From Alphaproteobacteria bacterium (lineage in GTDB: Bacteria > Pseudomonadota > Alphaproteobacteria > Rhizobiales > JAJFHC01): 64,000 nt of DNA. Where the stretch lies: the NCBI GenBank assembly GCA_021775805.1, contig JAJFHD010000149.1, positions 4,421 to 68,420 of the forward strand. Direction: 5' to 3'. The translations under genes and the position numbers were made by a program. A model generated the notes under the pieces. It made no database searches. It was not told the DNA's origin and worked only from the letters and a program-made list of their open reading frames with translations. Below are positions 62,608 to 64,000 of the stretch, in pieces (position 1 is the first letter of the stretch; each line of letters begins with the position of its first letter).

Positions 62608-63150
62608 GTGCGTGGATATTTTGCCATCGGTGTCGAAAATGTCAGCAAACCCATGAACCTGGGGAACCTGATGCGCTCCGCCCATGCGTTCGGGGCATGC
62701 TACATATTCACCATCAACGCCCATTACAGAATTCGACAGGCGTATTCGGACACGTCGAACACGCCGGAACAGATCCCCTACTTTCCGTGGGACGGCGTCG
62801 ACGATATGCATTTCCCCGATGGGTGCCAGGTCGTCGGCATCGAACTTCTCGAACAAGCCGTCGACCTGCCCAGTTTTCACCATCCGTCCCGAGCGGCCTA
62901 TGTTCTTGGCCCCGAAAGAGGGTCTCTGTCGCCTCAACTGACGGATCGTTGCGATCATATCGTGCGCATACCCACGGCATTTTGCATCAACGTGGCAACG
63001 GCCGGGGCTGTCGTCATGTACGACCGGATCAAGTCCTTGGGCCGTTTCGCCGCACCGCCTGTCCATTTCGGTGGACCGAAGGGCAAAACCGGGGAAATTT
63101 TGCCCGCCCAGGCCCACGGTAAACCACGCAACAGAAGCGAAAACAGGTGA
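62608..63150 (+). CDS. SpoU/TrmH-family RNA 2'-O-methyltransferase
   Basis: GYFAIGVENVSKPMNLGNLMRSAHAFG and the C-terminal knot region IPTAFCINVATAGAVVMY; start uncertain (GTG at 62608 or TTG at 62506). Confidence 0.75.
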   Translation: MRGYFAIGVENVSKPMNLGNLMRSAHAFGACYIFTINAHYRIRQAYSDTSNTPEQIPYFPWDGVDDMHFPDGCQVVGIELLEQAVDLPSFHHPSRAAYVLGPERGSLSPQLTDRCDHIVRIPTAFCINVATAGAVVMYDRIKSLGRFAAPPVHFGGPKGKTGEILPAQAHGKPRNRSENR

Positions 63151-63321
63151 TAAATTGGGGATTTCCGCCCAATAGTTTGATATTAACCGCGAATCCGGTT
63201 TTTATGCGCGTCGTAAACAAATCCTAAACGTCTCGTATTGCATTATAGGAATATCCGGTCCATACGGGCTATGGTTCGGCGTTAGCTGGTGTAAACTGTG
63301 ATAAATGGACAAGCTCTCGGC

Positions 63322-63855
63322 ATGAATTTGGGCAAACTGAAAAAGAGCTTTTTCGGGCTGGCCGTTGCAGTCGGTTTTGCGACGGTGATGTTGGTGGCGC
63401 CGGCCAGGGCCGCTGAACCGAAACTACTGAGTGAACATACCGACTGGGCGGTGTATGCCTTTCAGGATGCCAGCCTGGGCAGGGTCTGTTTTGCGGTCAC
63501 CCAGCCGACGTCCTGGGAACCGAAGAATCTCCGCCGCGATCCAATCTTTTTCCTTGTGACCAACTGGCGGAAAACCAAGGTTCTCCAGGAAGTAAGCGTC
63601 ATCACCGGATATCCCTACAAGAAGGGCAGCACCACCAAGGTGCGCATCGGTTCGGACACGTTCTCGCTGTTCACCAGCGACGATGGTGCCTGGGTCGAGC
63701 AGGCTCCCGATGAGAAGCGCCTGATTGCCGCCATGCGGCGCGGCGCCAACATGTCCGTTTCGGGAACCTCGTGGCGCGGCAACGTGACCACCGACCAGTA
63801 TTCGCTCAAAGGCGTGTCGGCGGCACTTGACGCCGCGCGAAGCGCCTGTAAATAG
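63322..63855 (+). CDS. invasion-associated locus B (IalB)-family periplasmic protein
   Basis: 177 aa from the ATG at 63322; signal peptide ending ARA; DWAVYAF...CFAVTQP pattern. Confidence 0.75.
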   Translation: MNLGKLKKSFFGLAVAVGFATVMLVAPARAAEPKLLSEHTDWAVYAFQDASLGRVCFAVTQPTSWEPKNLRRDPIFFLVTNWRKTKVLQEVSVITGYPYKKGSTTKVRIGSDTFSLFTSDDGAWVEQAPDEKRLIAAMRRGANMSVSGTSWRGNVTTDQYSLKGVSAALDAARSACK

Positions 63856-63948
63856 ACACCAGACAATCTGGAATTGCGGGTAGGCGCCGCTGATGCACAG
63901 CCAAGATCGTGCGCGCGTGTCCGATGCCTATCTGATATAAGGTCTCCA

Positions 63949-64000
63949 ATGGCCCAAACCCTCGACATATCCCGCGGCAATGCCAACGCAACGGTGATCT
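63949..64000 (+). CDS. possible 5' end of a CDS running off the right edge (MAQTLDISRGNANATVI...)
   Basis: ATG at 63949, open to the window end; only 17 codons. Confidence 0.25.
   Translation, partial: MAQTLDISRGNANATVI

Overview
This is a high-GC (about 60% by eye) alphaproteobacterial chromosome segment, with gene order typical of Hyphomicrobiales/Rhodobacterales-type genomes. Most of it is core housekeeping: sdhCDAB, a MaoC/CitE CoA-ester pair, pdxY, asd, a TRAP transporter, a class III cyclase, leuB, leuCD, rpsP-rimM-trmD-rplS, ffh, dapF-mtaB-ftsY-yciB, ccmABCDG, acnA, a CPA2 antiporter, htpG, ybbA/ybbP-tesA and thpR. I saw no rRNA, tRNA, CRISPR array, IS element or recombinase gene. Three patches look accessory. 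(i) 21.85-24.9 kb is an insertion between ffh and dapF with a roughly 40% GC ORFan. (ii) 52.7-55.8 kb is a 3 kb islet bounded by a diverged direct copy of the thpR 3' end; it carries a secreted nine-repeat cysteine-pair protein and AT-rich blocks. (iii) 55.8-59.1 kb is a translationally coupled three-gene cassette: a mini membrane protein, a NoeA-like methyltransferase and a membrane alkaline-phosphatase-superfamily enzyme. This cassette is my best candidate for an undescribed system. Non-coding signals include an approximately 80-nt three-hairpin element present twice, an orphan intrinsic terminator upstream of htpG, and tandem LacI-type palindromes upstream of the TRAP operon. All functional names come from reading motifs in the supplied translations; no database search was run. 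Start codons were chosen by hand from the ORF track.
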